Positions 33,334 to 44,210 of a stretch of 64,000 nt of DNA are shown here, piece after piece. Below the pieces are notes generated by a model. The model did not search any database, was not told the DNA's origin, and saw only the letters and a program-made list of their open reading frames with translations. Origin of the DNA: Corallochytrium limacisporum Hawaii (lineage: Eukaryota > Protista > Pluriformea); the NCBI GenBank assembly GCA_002811645.1, contig PDIP01000257.1:25524-89523 (forward strand), written 5' to 3'. A program made the position numbers and the translations under genes. Every line of letters starts with the position of its first letter. The first letter of the stretch is position 1.

Positions 33334-33891
33334 ATGGGCGAGCCAAACAACCAAATGGGTGGCATGGGTAACATGCAGCCACCGATGAACGGTGCCCAAA
33401 CCGTGGAACAGGGTGACGTGTGGGTACAACTGCAGGACTTTGGCCGGCAACAGATGAACGACGTTAAACCCTGGTCGGAATTTGTTGATCGCTCAAAGAT
33501 GTCGGCGCCTCGGTCGACCAGTGACCTCACAGATCGTATTCGTACTAATATTCGCCGCTTTCTGCCAAACTATATCCTAATCTCAGCGGGTCTCTTTGTT
33601 TACTGCATTGTGACGAGTCCAATGCTCCTCATTGGGCTGGCATTCGGGATCGGTGGCGCATACTACGTACAAACAAAGGCAAACCCCATCATGGTAGGCT
33701 CGATACAGATACAAGTGCATCATCAGTTTGCTCTTGTTGGTGTTGTTACCCTGATCCTGCTCTATCTTGCTTCTGCGGGTTCGGTCATATTTTGGATCAT
33801 TGGAGCAAGCATCACCATCATTGCCATCCATGCTGCGTGCGTCACAACAGAGAACCTTGGAGACTGGAGTCAGACATCCCAGGGGCCCTGA
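33334..33891 (+). CDS. Prenylated Rab acceptor 1 (PRA1/RABAC1 family)
   Basis: KPWSEFVD...S.P, RIRTNIRRFLPNY, two hydrophobic hairpins and IHA motif. Start chosen at actATGG 33334; ORF is open from 33226. Confidence 0.92.
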   Translation: MGEPNNQMGGMGNMQPPMNGAQTVEQGDVWVQLQDFGRQQMNDVKPWSEFVDRSKMSAPRSTSDLTDRIRTNIRRFLPNYILISAGLFVYCIVTSPMLLIGLAFGIGGAYYVQTKANPIMVGSIQIQVHHQFALVGVVTLILLYLASAGSVIFWIIGASITIIAIHAACVTTENLGDWSQTSQGP

Positions 33892-34044
33892 TGAATTACA
33901 TTTCTTTTATCGATACTGCATTTGTAAAGGCTGTTACACCGCTTTAAGTGTCTCTAATTAGGATCGAAATAATGTTTGATTCTTTAAGGTGAAATGCGCC
34001 AAGGCCCTCGCTACCATCTGTGTGATAATCAATATCGTTCCATA

Positions 34045-35607
34045 TCACATCAATGGTTCTCCGTAGTACGCGTGGTACCCATAACCAATGCCTGAGATCA
34101 CAATCCAGGATCCTTGTAATATGGGGATGCAGGCCTCCATGAACATTACCGTGAATCCCCAAGGCGCCAATGCAGCGTGCTGATCACGGTGCCATTCGTC
34201 ATTGTACGCAGCAAGGAGCAGCAGGGTTCCTGCCAACAGCAAATTGCATACCGGTGTATACACGGCCATGCCCACCGTGTTCAGGTTCAGAGGCACGCCA
34301 TTGACCTTTTGCTTGAGGAGCCAGTAGCTGATCTCCCGGACTTCCTCGTCCTTCTTCGATGAGTCGTCGTCAGCTTCCTTGCTGGCGTTGGTACGTGTGG
34401 TTGAGGTTGTTGCACTGCTCGAGATTCTGCGTGGGTCACCAACCTTTCCTTGCATGACCATTGCAAAGTTCTCAGCGCCTGTCTCCAGGTATGTAGAGAT
34501 AAGATACCGAGCGGCAAGGAAATGGAGAAATCCACAGGTCAAGGTCACAGCTGCCCGTGTGATCGACAGGGGTCCCGCAAGATTCGGATCCCGTGGATCA
34601 AAACCCAATGTGACTACTATAGAATCTCTCAGCGAGTCCACCCATAGCGCCAACATGAGCACGTCAGATACCTGTGCTGCACTGAGGATCGCGTACTGCA
34701 GTGAATTACCACCGCGCATGGCTGCTACTGTTAGCGAGCAAACCTGCAGCGCGGGCAGGAACATTCCCAGAATGACAACGGCCAGGAACAGGGAGAGTGC
34801 AAGGCCCACCGGAGGCCATGGTACATCCAACCAGAAATACAAAATGCCACTGATCGCCTTACGCAGCTTCTTGGCGTCCGCATCCGCAAAGGCCTTGAGG
34901 GCAGCCATACCTGTGGCCGTCTCAAAGTTAAATAAGCCAGAAGCCGCGTCCTTGGCACCAATCAGGCTTTCCGCCAACCGGACGCGAACGCCCTGTTCCC
35001 AAGTTTGAGTCCAGTCGTAGGACATGATCCACGTGGACGTAAAGGCCCAAATCATGACGAGCAGAACTAGCACGGCTGCGACCGTGGTGGCACCTTGTTT
35101 GAAGGCTGTGCGCGACATGATGTCAACGTTGAGCAAGAGGACATATGCAAGAGCAAATTGCACGGCAAAAAGTCCCATATGCCTGGTTGCTTCTTGCTCT
35201 TGCGGAGTGTGGAACAGCTGGTAGTCGATGCTCGTCAAGACAAAGGTGACTAGTGCTGCAAATGTGCACAGGATCATGTCCTCAAAGTGGCGAAAATTGG
35301 GAAAGGCAATCAATGCGCCGGCGTAGAGATCGTCTTTGTCAATACTAACCCATAAAGACGAAGGAAATGTGAGTTCCTGCTCCGGAACACTCATAATCTT
35401 GTTCTTCAGATTCGTTTGCGCATTGGTCCCGGTGGCCCCGCCGAGAGACTGCACATAGAGCCTTCTGATTCTACCTGACATCGGGGCTAAATAAACCTTA
35501 CAGTCCGCAACCAAACGTCCAGGCAGCTCATGCACCCTTCGTAGCTGGTAAACTACAAAGAATACACAGACCAGGGCCGTCACTTGCATACCAAAGACGC
35601 TCGTCAT
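34045..35607 (-). CDS. TMEM161-family multi-pass membrane protein
   Basis: N-terminus (SVFGMQV.......V...L......GRL......Y..P) resembles TMEM161A/B; about 8 TM segments; YL..G loop near the C-terminus. Confidence 0.7.
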   Translation of the reverse strand: MTSVFGMQVTALVCVFFVVYQLRRVHELPGRLVADCKVYLAPMSGRIRRLYVQSLGGATGTNAQTNLKNKIMSVPEQELTFPSSLWVSIDKDDLYAGALIAFPNFRHFEDMILCTFAALVTFVLTSIDYQLFHTPQEQEATRHMGLFAVQFALAYVLLLNVDIMSRTAFKQGATTVAAVLVLLVMIWAFTSTWIMSYDWTQTWEQGVRVRLAESLIGAKDAASGLFNFETATGMAALKAFADADAKKLRKAISGILYFWLDVPWPPVGLALSLFLAVVILGMFLPALQVCSLTVAAMRGGNSLQYAILSAAQVSDVLMLALWVDSLRDSIVVTLGFDPRDPNLAGPLSITRAAVTLTCGFLHFLAARYLISTYLETGAENFAMVMQGKVGDPRRISSSATTSTTRTNASKEADDDSSKKDEEVREISYWLLKQKVNGVPLNLNTVGMAVYTPVCNLLLAGTLLLLAAYNDEWHRDQHAALAPWGFTVMFMEACIPILQGSWIVISGIGYGYHAYYGEPLM

Positions 35608-38600
35608 GGTTGGTTCTACGGCGTGCTAAATTGGGACCAGCCTTGCCCACGCTGAGGTTCTTGGTAATTCCGTTTCGAACTATTTACGTATGGAGATCAT
35701 CAAAAATATTTTCTACCCTGTCTGACCACTGAAGAAATCAATGGTGCGACAGAGTATTGCACGATCAACGGAGTGTTGCGAGACTTCGTGAGCCACCAGG
35801 ATTGCGGGACCGCTTCGGTGTTTTCCGCACGGTGTGGAATATCTTGAGTTCCCCCCCCCCATCCGAAAGGTCAGATGCCGAGGCACTATCACCTTTCATC
35901 CTCGGTTGCCAATTCCCAGTAGCTACTTGTTAGTACTTACACTTTATCTTGAGGATAGTTAGAAACTGTGCTCATCAGTCTATGGCATCCTCGTCATCTT
36001 TGGGATCAGCTGCATATATTTTGACCATCGAGTGTCATCCGAATTGTTTCAGAAACAATGGAAAATGATCAAGCATAAATGCGATAGCAGGCGGATTTCA
36101 GTTTGCGGTTCTCTTGCTATGTGTCTGTTGCGGTTCTATCCCTGCAGCTCCAGAGTGACGGTATGTATGCCCAGAATCAGAGGGCAATTACTTGAAAAGT
36201 ACAAGGAGAGCTCCTTTTCCTCAATTCGTTCGCTTCTCAGTCTGTCGGAGGCGGTGAGAGTAGGGGGAAAGGGAAGATTTCTCTCATCACTTTTCTCCTG
36301 CGCACGAGTGCTAAAATACCAATAGGCCGTACTCTGCACATTTGAGGTTACTGTCCAGCTCAGGAATCACCAACCACAACCCAGAAACGCAACACTGCAA
36401 GTGAAGGAGAGAGATTCCCAGCTTGAGAGAAGAATGGAAACCAAACTATTCTTCTGCGCCACGCTCGCTGTACTAAACTTCCTCCCTTATCCCAATTGGC
36501 AAGCGCGGCTTCCATTTTCAGTCAGAGAACCGATTGAAGAAAGAACAATATGCTCGGATGGACCGGTGAAGGAAAGGGTTTGCAGCAGGCACGCAAACGG
36601 GCATAGGACAGACGTTCAATGGAAGAGGGGAAAGAAAAAAAAGGGAGGGGTCCCTTCGCTATCCAATGATCGCTCATCTACGTCAAAGGGGACAGATTCA
36701 GTGGACGGGCGGGCACGTAGAAGCTTGGGCTGGAGATTACGGATGGCTGGCTGCTAGGTTGAACGTTCGTTTAGATGTTCAACACTTCCAAGAGTGGGTC
36801 TGTTCTGTCCCCAAAGCAAAGGGGCTCAGATGAGGAATCCCCCACTTGAGCGAGTGGCAAAAGATGCTCAAAGCCTGAGTGAAACGTGGAAGTTGCGGGG
36901 TGGGTGCGGTGGGGGAGGGATGCTCTTTTTCGCAGATTCCTAGCCGCAAACAGAGAGGCCGGGGTTTCGCCCTCGACCGGCGCTAAAAACCAATCAAAAT
37001 ACGGCGCGAATGCGGCACATAGATTCCCAAGCACTTCCACACTAAGAAGAATCTTGCTTCAGTCACTCATTTTTTCCGGGAGGCCCTCCGACACACTTCC
37101 CCTGGCCCCTTTTCCGGGCGTCTTACTGTGGCTCTTCCAATGAGCACAGAGATCGTGAAGAAGGGAAGGAAACAGGCATTCTTGCAGTGGGCCGTTTTTG
37201 GGAATGCGCGGTCTGAAAACAGCCACTTTCATATTGAATATATGACCAAGTCACCCAGATTCAAAGCTGCTGTCCCGTCTGCGCCGAAGAATGAATGCGC
37301 AGCTATGCTTGTTCGGGTGTGTGCGCGAGCGAGTAGATCAGTGCCCTGAATAATCACTCATAGCCCTGGCCTCCGCTCTATTCTATTAACCGTTCATCGG
37401 GCTTGCTCTCAATGTCGAAAGAACGCTATACCGAGAGTATTAAATACAGGTCGCCCACCTACTGCCGTGGGCCGTCATGATGATGGCCACTGTATCTTTG
37501 TGCGGACATGCGCCGCGTACTGTCACATCGCAAACCCTGCGAAACGTTTATTACGGCCACCCGCCGAATGTCCATCAGTGTGCGGTTCCTTTTAGAATTG
37601 ATACTATGGAAAACAGACAAAGAATGCGCTACACATCAAATTCTCTATGTTGCTCCGTGGGTTCTGTTGACAGTGAATTGTGGTGTTTGTGATTTGCATC
37701 TCGTGTGGAGCTGGGTGCGCTGAGAGTGGGGGAAGGGGAGAAGGGGGAGGGGGGGAAAGGGGCGCACAACCAACACCACCGACCGAGAAATGGGAGGGCT
37801 AGAGAGCGGAGGACAAGAAACAGGGAAAAGAGGGAGAATTAGAATCTTGGGGGAGAAGGGGAGGGGGAAAGAGAAGAAAAATTTCTTGCTTGGTGTATTT
37901 GCCTGACCGCACGCACACGGTGTGGTCGGTCACAAAAAAACACAGAGATGGACCAGGCGGACAGAAGTGAGAAGGCCCCCCGGGCCCCGGGGGAGGGGGG
38001 GAGGAATGCGGCCGAAGGACCCCCGGAGGGGGGGGGGAGAGGAGAGGGGGGAGAGGGCAGTTTTAGGTGCGTGCGGGAATTGCCACAAATTAAAACCAAA
38101 TGACTGTCAGCACCGCTTTCACCGAGCAGGCCATCCCATCCGCTCACAAAGAATCGTGACGAACCCGATGGTGCCTTTTCCCTTCCCCCCGCTTCTCCTC
38201 CGGGCGAGGAAATGAAGCCCAAGGGAGCCGGTGATGTGGTCTGTCGACGAAACTCTCGGAACTTTCCATAATATCTGTTCCGAGTCTTTTGTGGATTCGC
38301 CGCTTCAAGCAGCGGCCTACGAGTGAGCACATGAAGCGAGTCCTCTGAAAAACCGAGGAGTTCGGCCCCTCCCCCGGCCCTCCCAGGAAAAAATATGAAC
38401 AAGATACATGGGTCGAGGGGTCCGCAAGTGTATTATACTCACGCGGGAGCGCACGGGTGTTACACAGTTCCGTGTACACGACACAGATTGAGAGAAGGAA
38501 CCAGTTTGTTGTGCTCCAGGGGAAACCTATAGGCCATCCATTAGAATGTAATACTAGTAACAAAGTCTGGGATTCCACGACAACGTTTTATGATTGACAA

Positions 38601-38695
38601 AGAGCATAAACGTTGAAGGTATTGAAAGTAAAGTAACTGCGTAATTGTGATCATTGAGGTAACTTGATTGTGATATCTCGATTATCTGCGACCAT

Positions 38696-40582
38696 ATGGA
38701 TATGTCGAACACTACGATCTATTCGGAACCTCAGCATAGTCAAACAAATAATGTCATAAATAAGGTAGCGTACAAATCTTCGGCACATACAGAAGACAAA
38801 AACATGGTGATCCCTGTGCCTGTTGGCGCAGCCAAACAGAAAGTATGGACCGAGTTCTTCCTGAAGTTTATGGAAAATGTAGCAGTCGCATCACGGAAAG
38901 AGCCTTTACCCACACGCCAGTACGTCGAGGACGTTTACAATTATTATGTTGACCAAGAACAAATTCTTTCAGATCTTGGATTCAAGGTTCTCTACCTGCT
39001 TTCTCGCAAACTCAACGAGGATCCTCTAGCCAAACTCAAACCGGATAAGCTTGCAGGACCTTGCATTGCAGATGTTCCTGAAAAGATGAAGATGACTTAC
39101 AATGATTTTGGTAGCGGTCTGGACTTGCTCAGAACGTTCCTGCAGAACTATGCTCACCTTATTCCATCGAATATGAAAAAGCTGCGTGCTAACGCGGCAA
39201 TCGTGCGCGCTGTGCGTGAAACTATCGGTTATGATGAATTGCAGGGCACTGTCCGCAGCCCACCGGAAGAAGAGCTTAACAAGGATGAGTTCATCATCTT
39301 TATTGAAAAGTTCTGCGAACTGGCAGATACTGAGTGTCCCCCGCGTCACACAATCTCTACCTGGTACGACTGTCGGGGAGACTGGAACCGCACTGACTCT
39401 TTATCCTTGGAGGCCGTGCGGCTTCTCGAGATTGTCAAGACTGCCATGCTTGACCGTCCCGGCGAGCATGTGAATTGGGGTCAGCTTTGGAAATACTATG
39501 GTGAGCGTCCCATGGAAGACTACAACTGCCGTCGTCACTGTCAGTTGCTTCGCAAGTTCCTGACAAAAGTGTCTAGACTGGTCCCCGAGAACACCAAGGC
39601 TGACCAGGTTACCAGCCTTATTGCAGATGCAATGCGATACGTGGCTTTCAACAACGTCCAACAGTATCATATGTCCGTCGGTGGATACTATCGTGGTGAT
39701 GAGATGATGCATCAGAGCAAGATGCGCCGCACGAACACGCGCCGCAACAATCGCATGCCGGTTCCCCATGATGCTGATTCCAAGTCAACGATTGGCCCCG
39801 ACAACCAGTCACCGCGCGAACTGGAGACATACCGCGAAAACATGCCAAGTGCCCCAGACTCTCGTAGCTATACCAGCCCTGCTGAAGGATACTACTACTA
39901 TCAGAACTATCCCAATCAGCAGCACTACTACTCAGCGTCCGAGTGGCCAACTCCTCGTGGTGGACAACAAACCGCTCGCGGGGAAGCTCCCGGACCGCCG
40001 CCGCCGCCCGCTGGCCCTCCTCCCAGTGCTCCCATGCAGTACAGTGGCAGTCAGGGACAACAGCCACCTCCCAGTGGTGCTCGGCCTGCGTATGACATTG
40101 ATTTTGAGCAGCAGTATGCGCACGCTCAGCAGGCCCGCACAGCCTCTGCTGGCACATCCGATCGACCCTACTACTTCCCGTCGTTCAAGCAGTACCAGGC
40201 AGGATCCGGAGAGCACTACAACGACCAAAGCACATCAAGATCCTACACACAGCAGGCACCTTTCCCTTCAGAGGAAGCTAGTGGCGGGTATATGGCGTCA
40301 ACATCCACATCCACCACATCTGTTTCCTCTGTGGCGGGTATGAAACGGCCCGTGGAGAACGTTGAGGTAAGTCAGGCGAAAATGTCTCGCCACGCTCCAG
40401 TCCCAAAGGAACCTATGACTGCTCGGGATCCGCCCGCGGCAAAGCCGCCACCTCCTGCGGAAGATCGCCCTTCAACTGCACCAGAGAATGCCAAGGACAC
40501 AAAGGACTCTGTCTCTTCCACTGGACAGTCCAAACAGGGGCTAAGTCTCCTCATGCAGGCCGTAGAGATGACCGAGACATGA
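38696..40582 (+). CDS. Orphan protein with two tandem ~130-aa helical domains, P/Q/Y-rich tail and C-terminal LxLLxxA motif; putative transcriptional regulator
   Basis: 628-codon ORF with an internal repeat visible by eye, basic patch KMRRTNTRRNNR and terminal GLSLLMQAVEM. Confidence 0.85.
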   Translation: MDMSNTTIYSEPQHSQTNNVINKVAYKSSAHTEDKNMVIPVPVGAAKQKVWTEFFLKFMENVAVASRKEPLPTRQYVEDVYNYYVDQEQILSDLGFKVLYLLSRKLNEDPLAKLKPDKLAGPCIADVPEKMKMTYNDFGSGLDLLRTFLQNYAHLIPSNMKKLRANAAIVRAVRETIGYDELQGTVRSPPEEELNKDEFIIFIEKFCELADTECPPRHTISTWYDCRGDWNRTDSLSLEAVRLLEIVKTAMLDRPGEHVNWGQLWKYYGERPMEDYNCRRHCQLLRKFLTKVSRLVPENTKADQVTSLIADAMRYVAFNNVQQYHMSVGGYYRGDEMMHQSKMRRTNTRRNNRMPVPHDADSKSTIGPDNQSPRELETYRENMPSAPDSRSYTSPAEGYYYYQNYPNQQHYYSASEWPTPRGGQQTARGEAPGPPPPPAGPPPSAPMQYSGSQGQQPPPSGARPAYDIDFEQQYAHAQQARTASAGTSDRPYYFPSFKQYQAGSGEHYNDQSTSRSYTQQAPFPSEEASGGYMASTSTSTTSVSSVAGMKRPVENVEVSQAKMSRHAPVPKEPMTARDPPAAKPPPPAEDRPSTAPENAKDTKDSVSSTGQSKQGLSLLMQAVEMTET

Positions 40583-41693
40583 ATTGGCCCTGCACTGGGA
40601 GACTCCCTTGCCACCTTGCTTTTTAGTTTCCACATTTTTCCATGCTTACTTTTGGCATATGCAAACATTCTTGCTTCCACATTTTCCATAGAATCTCTAT
40701 ATTTTGCCATCACGTTCACGAACAACTTCTTTTTTTTTTTGCGAATTTTGTTTCCTTGTCCTTTCAGAATGGTTTCTGACGGGCCCACATCCACTTAGTC
40801 CAGCCGAGAAAACCGGGGATGGCCTGACCAAATAAAAAGGTCCGGATATTATATTTATTCCGAAATACGCGAAATATTGAATCAATATCTCTCCCGGGAG
40901 GCTTTCCCTAGTGAAAGTACTACAAGGGGGAGGCGGCACCCCTCTCCGAGGCTGCGGGGCACCGGGTGCGGGGGCCCGACAAGAGAGAGGGGCTAATGTT
41001 GCGACTGGTGAACCCCTTGAAAAAAAAGAGAACGGGGAGGGGGGGGGTTGCCGATAAGAGGAGGCTCTGGGTACCCAAAAAACCAGCAAAGCCCACACGA
41101 CATAGAGCGCGCAAAGCGGTTGCGAAATTTTTCGCGCAGTTGGCAGTGTTGGGCACACTCCGCAGATCCTCCCCTCCCCGTTCGTTGGGTCAAACACGGT
41201 GATATGTTGCCAACTGCACCCCCCCCCCTGCACCGGCCTGTGCTGCTCTGTCGCTACTGACCGGCTGGGAAGTACAGTGCCGGGGAACAGTTCCATCAGC
41301 ACAGGGAAGTTTGGCCCCCCCCCCTCCCCCCTCCTTTCCCGTCTTGGGCGGAGCGGGTCTCGATGAGGGGGCACCCTCTCCTGCACGGCCCCGGGCCGGC
41401 CGGTCCGAACGGGAGGACACCCTCAGGGAAGCTGAGCCTGCATTTCGTTGCCAGTTGAGGGCCACTGATTGGTGAACGCCATTTTAACTTTTGACAGGTT
41501 CAAGTTTTGTTCCCGTGTCTTTAGATTGCGAATCAGGTACTTGTGAACTAAGAGGCTAGACAGGCAACTACAATGGCACAAGCAGTCGAATAGCCAGGCG
41601 TATAGGCACGCAAAGCAGTGTAAGTCACATAGCAGCGCCATGGAACGGGACCGTCCATTTACAACATAAGCTAGTACATGTAGATACGAGGCC

Positions 41694-44210
41694 ATGGATC
41701 TCGTAAATAGTGGGATACAGCGGGCCTTTTCGACTGTGGCCAACAAAGTCGCCAGTAACAAAGGTGAGGGTCGATATCAGTCGAAGTTTGAGCCACTTTT
41801 GGGTGGCTCTACCATTGACGATGAAGGAGATGCCTTCCTAGATGACAGTCCCGACGCTGAACACATGCCGGCGCCGAACATCATTCGGCTTGAATCACTG
41901 CAAGATGGAGACGACGGTGATGGCATGGAATGGCATAATGGACTCGGAAAACCAAAGCGGCTCCCGAGGAGCAACCAATGGGAAGCGGAAGACTCAGCAC
42001 TAGATGGGCTGCTTACCAATGTATATAACTTCTACAAAGAGCGTGGGTTTCTGTCCATCATTCTAAACAGGTTGCTCAACTTGCTGACCATGGGCTTTGT
42101 TGTGGTCCTGACCATCGTATTGACGTCATGCATAGACTACAGTATTATGTTTGACGAACACGACTTCAGCCGGGCGTTTCGCTTCCGGCCCTTCGGGTCA
42201 TCGGTCATTTTAGGTATGGTCGCTGTCATTTGTTCCGTTTTTTGGATAATGCAGGTTTTCCAGCTTTTGTTTTACCAGGTGAGCGAGGTGCGACAAATGG
42301 CAGATTTCTTTGACATGGTCTTGCAGATTGATGCTGCCACTCTTCCGAATCTGAAGTGGCATGAAGTCTGCCAGAGACTCGACGATAGCCTCCGCAGCGG
42401 CAAGCTAATAGTGAAGCGTACTTCAAACCTGTCGGGACAACAACGGCGTGGGATTAAGTCACTGAGCCCCATGACCATCGTCAATCGGATCATGCGGCAA
42501 GACAATTTCATGGTAGCTCTATTCAATCGCGAACTACTGAATTTCCGTTTCCGGTTGTTGAATATGGAGAGCAAGCCGCTGCTCCCATATTGGCTGGAGT
42601 GGAACATTCGCAAGTGTGTCTTTGACTATGTATTTGTTCAGGCAGACACGGTGCGGCCTGAGGTGATGAAAGCCGACCGCAACAATTCTGCAGCAGCACA
42701 GTTGAGCCGGAGGATGATGGTGTTTGGAATTCTTAACTTGCTGCTGGCCCCAGTGTTAATGCCTCTCATGTTGGTGTACTACTTCTTGCGCAGTGCGGAA
42801 CAGATCAAAAGCCAGCCCAGTGAGCTTGGCAGTCGGCAGTGGACTTTCCGGGCCAAATGGCTCTTCAGGGAGTTCAATGAACTCCCCCATTTCTGTAATC
42901 AGCGGTTGACTCGGGCCTACCAACCAACCATGGAGTACATATCCAGCTTCCCAAGCGACACTACCAACCTCATTGCGAACTTTACGGTTTTCATTTCCGG
43001 TTCATTTGTGGCCCTGTTGACCATCGGAGGCATCTACGACGAGAATTTCCTGACCATGCACATTACTGAAGGCCGTACGGTGCTGTGGTACTTGGGTGTC
43101 TTCACCGTTATTCTTGCCGGTGCACGGGCACTCTTGCAGGATGAGAATATCATATTTGAACCGGAGAGCAAGATCACTAAGGTTATCTACCACACGCATT
43201 ACTATCCGCAGTCTTGGCACGGTCGCGAGCACACACGAGAAATCCGTGCAGAAATGGCCGAACTTTTTGAGTACAAGGCTGTCCTCTTTGTCGAGGAACT
43301 GTTCTCTGTATTAATCACTGGTATGTTCATGATTCGGTACTCTTATCACAGCAAGGAACTGATCCAATTCTTTCATCGGTACACAACATGGAAAGAGGAT
43401 GTTGGGCACGTCTGTACCTTCGCACAATTCGACTTTGAACGCCATGGAAATCAACTGTATGGTGCGGGTGTAGGTCTGACCGCGGCGGCCACTGAGGACC
43501 AAGGAAGTGACGTCGAGGCTGGCGCCGGGCCTTCGCACGTCACCGGTGCGCACCGACCAGGACTTGGACAGGTTCTGGACCCCACCCGGGACGGCAAGAT
43601 GGAAAAGTCCTTCATCAACTTCACAAGCCAATACCCGACGTGGCGTCCGGACGATGAGCGTGGAAAACAATTCCTGTCCAACATCAACGACCTCAGTGGC
43701 ACGTTCAAAGCCGATCTGGCGATGTCGGAGGATGGTTACATCAGCGAGGAGGAGATGACCTTCGGTGCTGGCAGTGCTGGCAACTCAGTCCAATCCAAAC
43801 CCATGGTGCCACCACCGCCGCCGATGGTTGTCGATGAAGAGCCTGATCTCCCGCCACTGCAGTCGCCCGGCGATAACCCGCCCCCACCGCCGCCCTCGGC
43901 GTGGGCCACTGCGTCGGGTGCCTCTCAGCAACAGTCCCCGGGCCGGTCGCCGCAACAACAACAGCACCAGTCGGCGTCATCCCTACAGCACCCGCGGAAC
44001 CGCTTGGCGCACCAGCGTCTGGCCCGGACGTTCCAGAGCCAGCGGCAACACCCACACCGTCGCCACGTGGACCTTGATAACTACGATGCGTTAGCCAGCA
44101 GCAGTCTTGTTCTCGACTACATGTACGATGTGACGCAGAGCGATGTAATGAACAATCCTAATCAGCAGCGGAGGGCTGGTGGTCCGAGTCCGGGGCAGCA
44201 GAGGCACTGA
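41694..44210 (+). CDS. ATG9: Autophagy-related protein 9 (lipid scramblase)
   Basis: LD.LL..VYNFY...GF, IVNRIMRQDNFMVAL, LEWNI, LGSRQW...A.W.FREFNELPH, HTHYYP..W, VGHVCTFAQFD and DGKMEKSFINF...YP.W.P. Confidence 0.97.
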   Translation: MDLVNSGIQRAFSTVANKVASNKGEGRYQSKFEPLLGGSTIDDEGDAFLDDSPDAEHMPAPNIIRLESLQDGDDGDGMEWHNGLGKPKRLPRSNQWEAEDSALDGLLTNVYNFYKERGFLSIILNRLLNLLTMGFVVVLTIVLTSCIDYSIMFDEHDFSRAFRFRPFGSSVILGMVAVICSVFWIMQVFQLLFYQVSEVRQMADFFDMVLQIDAATLPNLKWHEVCQRLDDSLRSGKLIVKRTSNLSGQQRRGIKSLSPMTIVNRIMRQDNFMVALFNRELLNFRFRLLNMESKPLLPYWLEWNIRKCVFDYVFVQADTVRPEVMKADRNNSAAAQLSRRMMVFGILNLLLAPVLMPLMLVYYFLRSAEQIKSQPSELGSRQWTFRAKWLFREFNELPHFCNQRLTRAYQPTMEYISSFPSDTTNLIANFTVFISGSFVALLTIGGIYDENFLTMHITEGRTVLWYLGVFTVILAGARALLQDENIIFEPESKITKVIYHTHYYPQSWHGREHTREIRAEMAELFEYKAVLFVEELFSVLITGMFMIRYSYHSKELIQFFHRYTTWKEDVGHVCTFAQFDFERHGNQLYGAGVGLTAAATEDQGSDVEAGAGPSHVTGAHRPGLGQVLDPTRDGKMEKSFINFTSQYPTWRPDDERGKQFLSNINDLSGTFKADLAMSEDGYISEEEMTFGAGSAGNSVQSKPMVPPPPPMVVDEEPDLPPLQSPGDNPPPPPPSAWATASGASQQQSPGRSPQQQQHQSASSLQHPRNRLAHQRLARTFQSQRQHPHRRHVDLDNYDALASSSLVLDYMYDVTQSDVMNNPNQQRRAGGPSPGQQRH

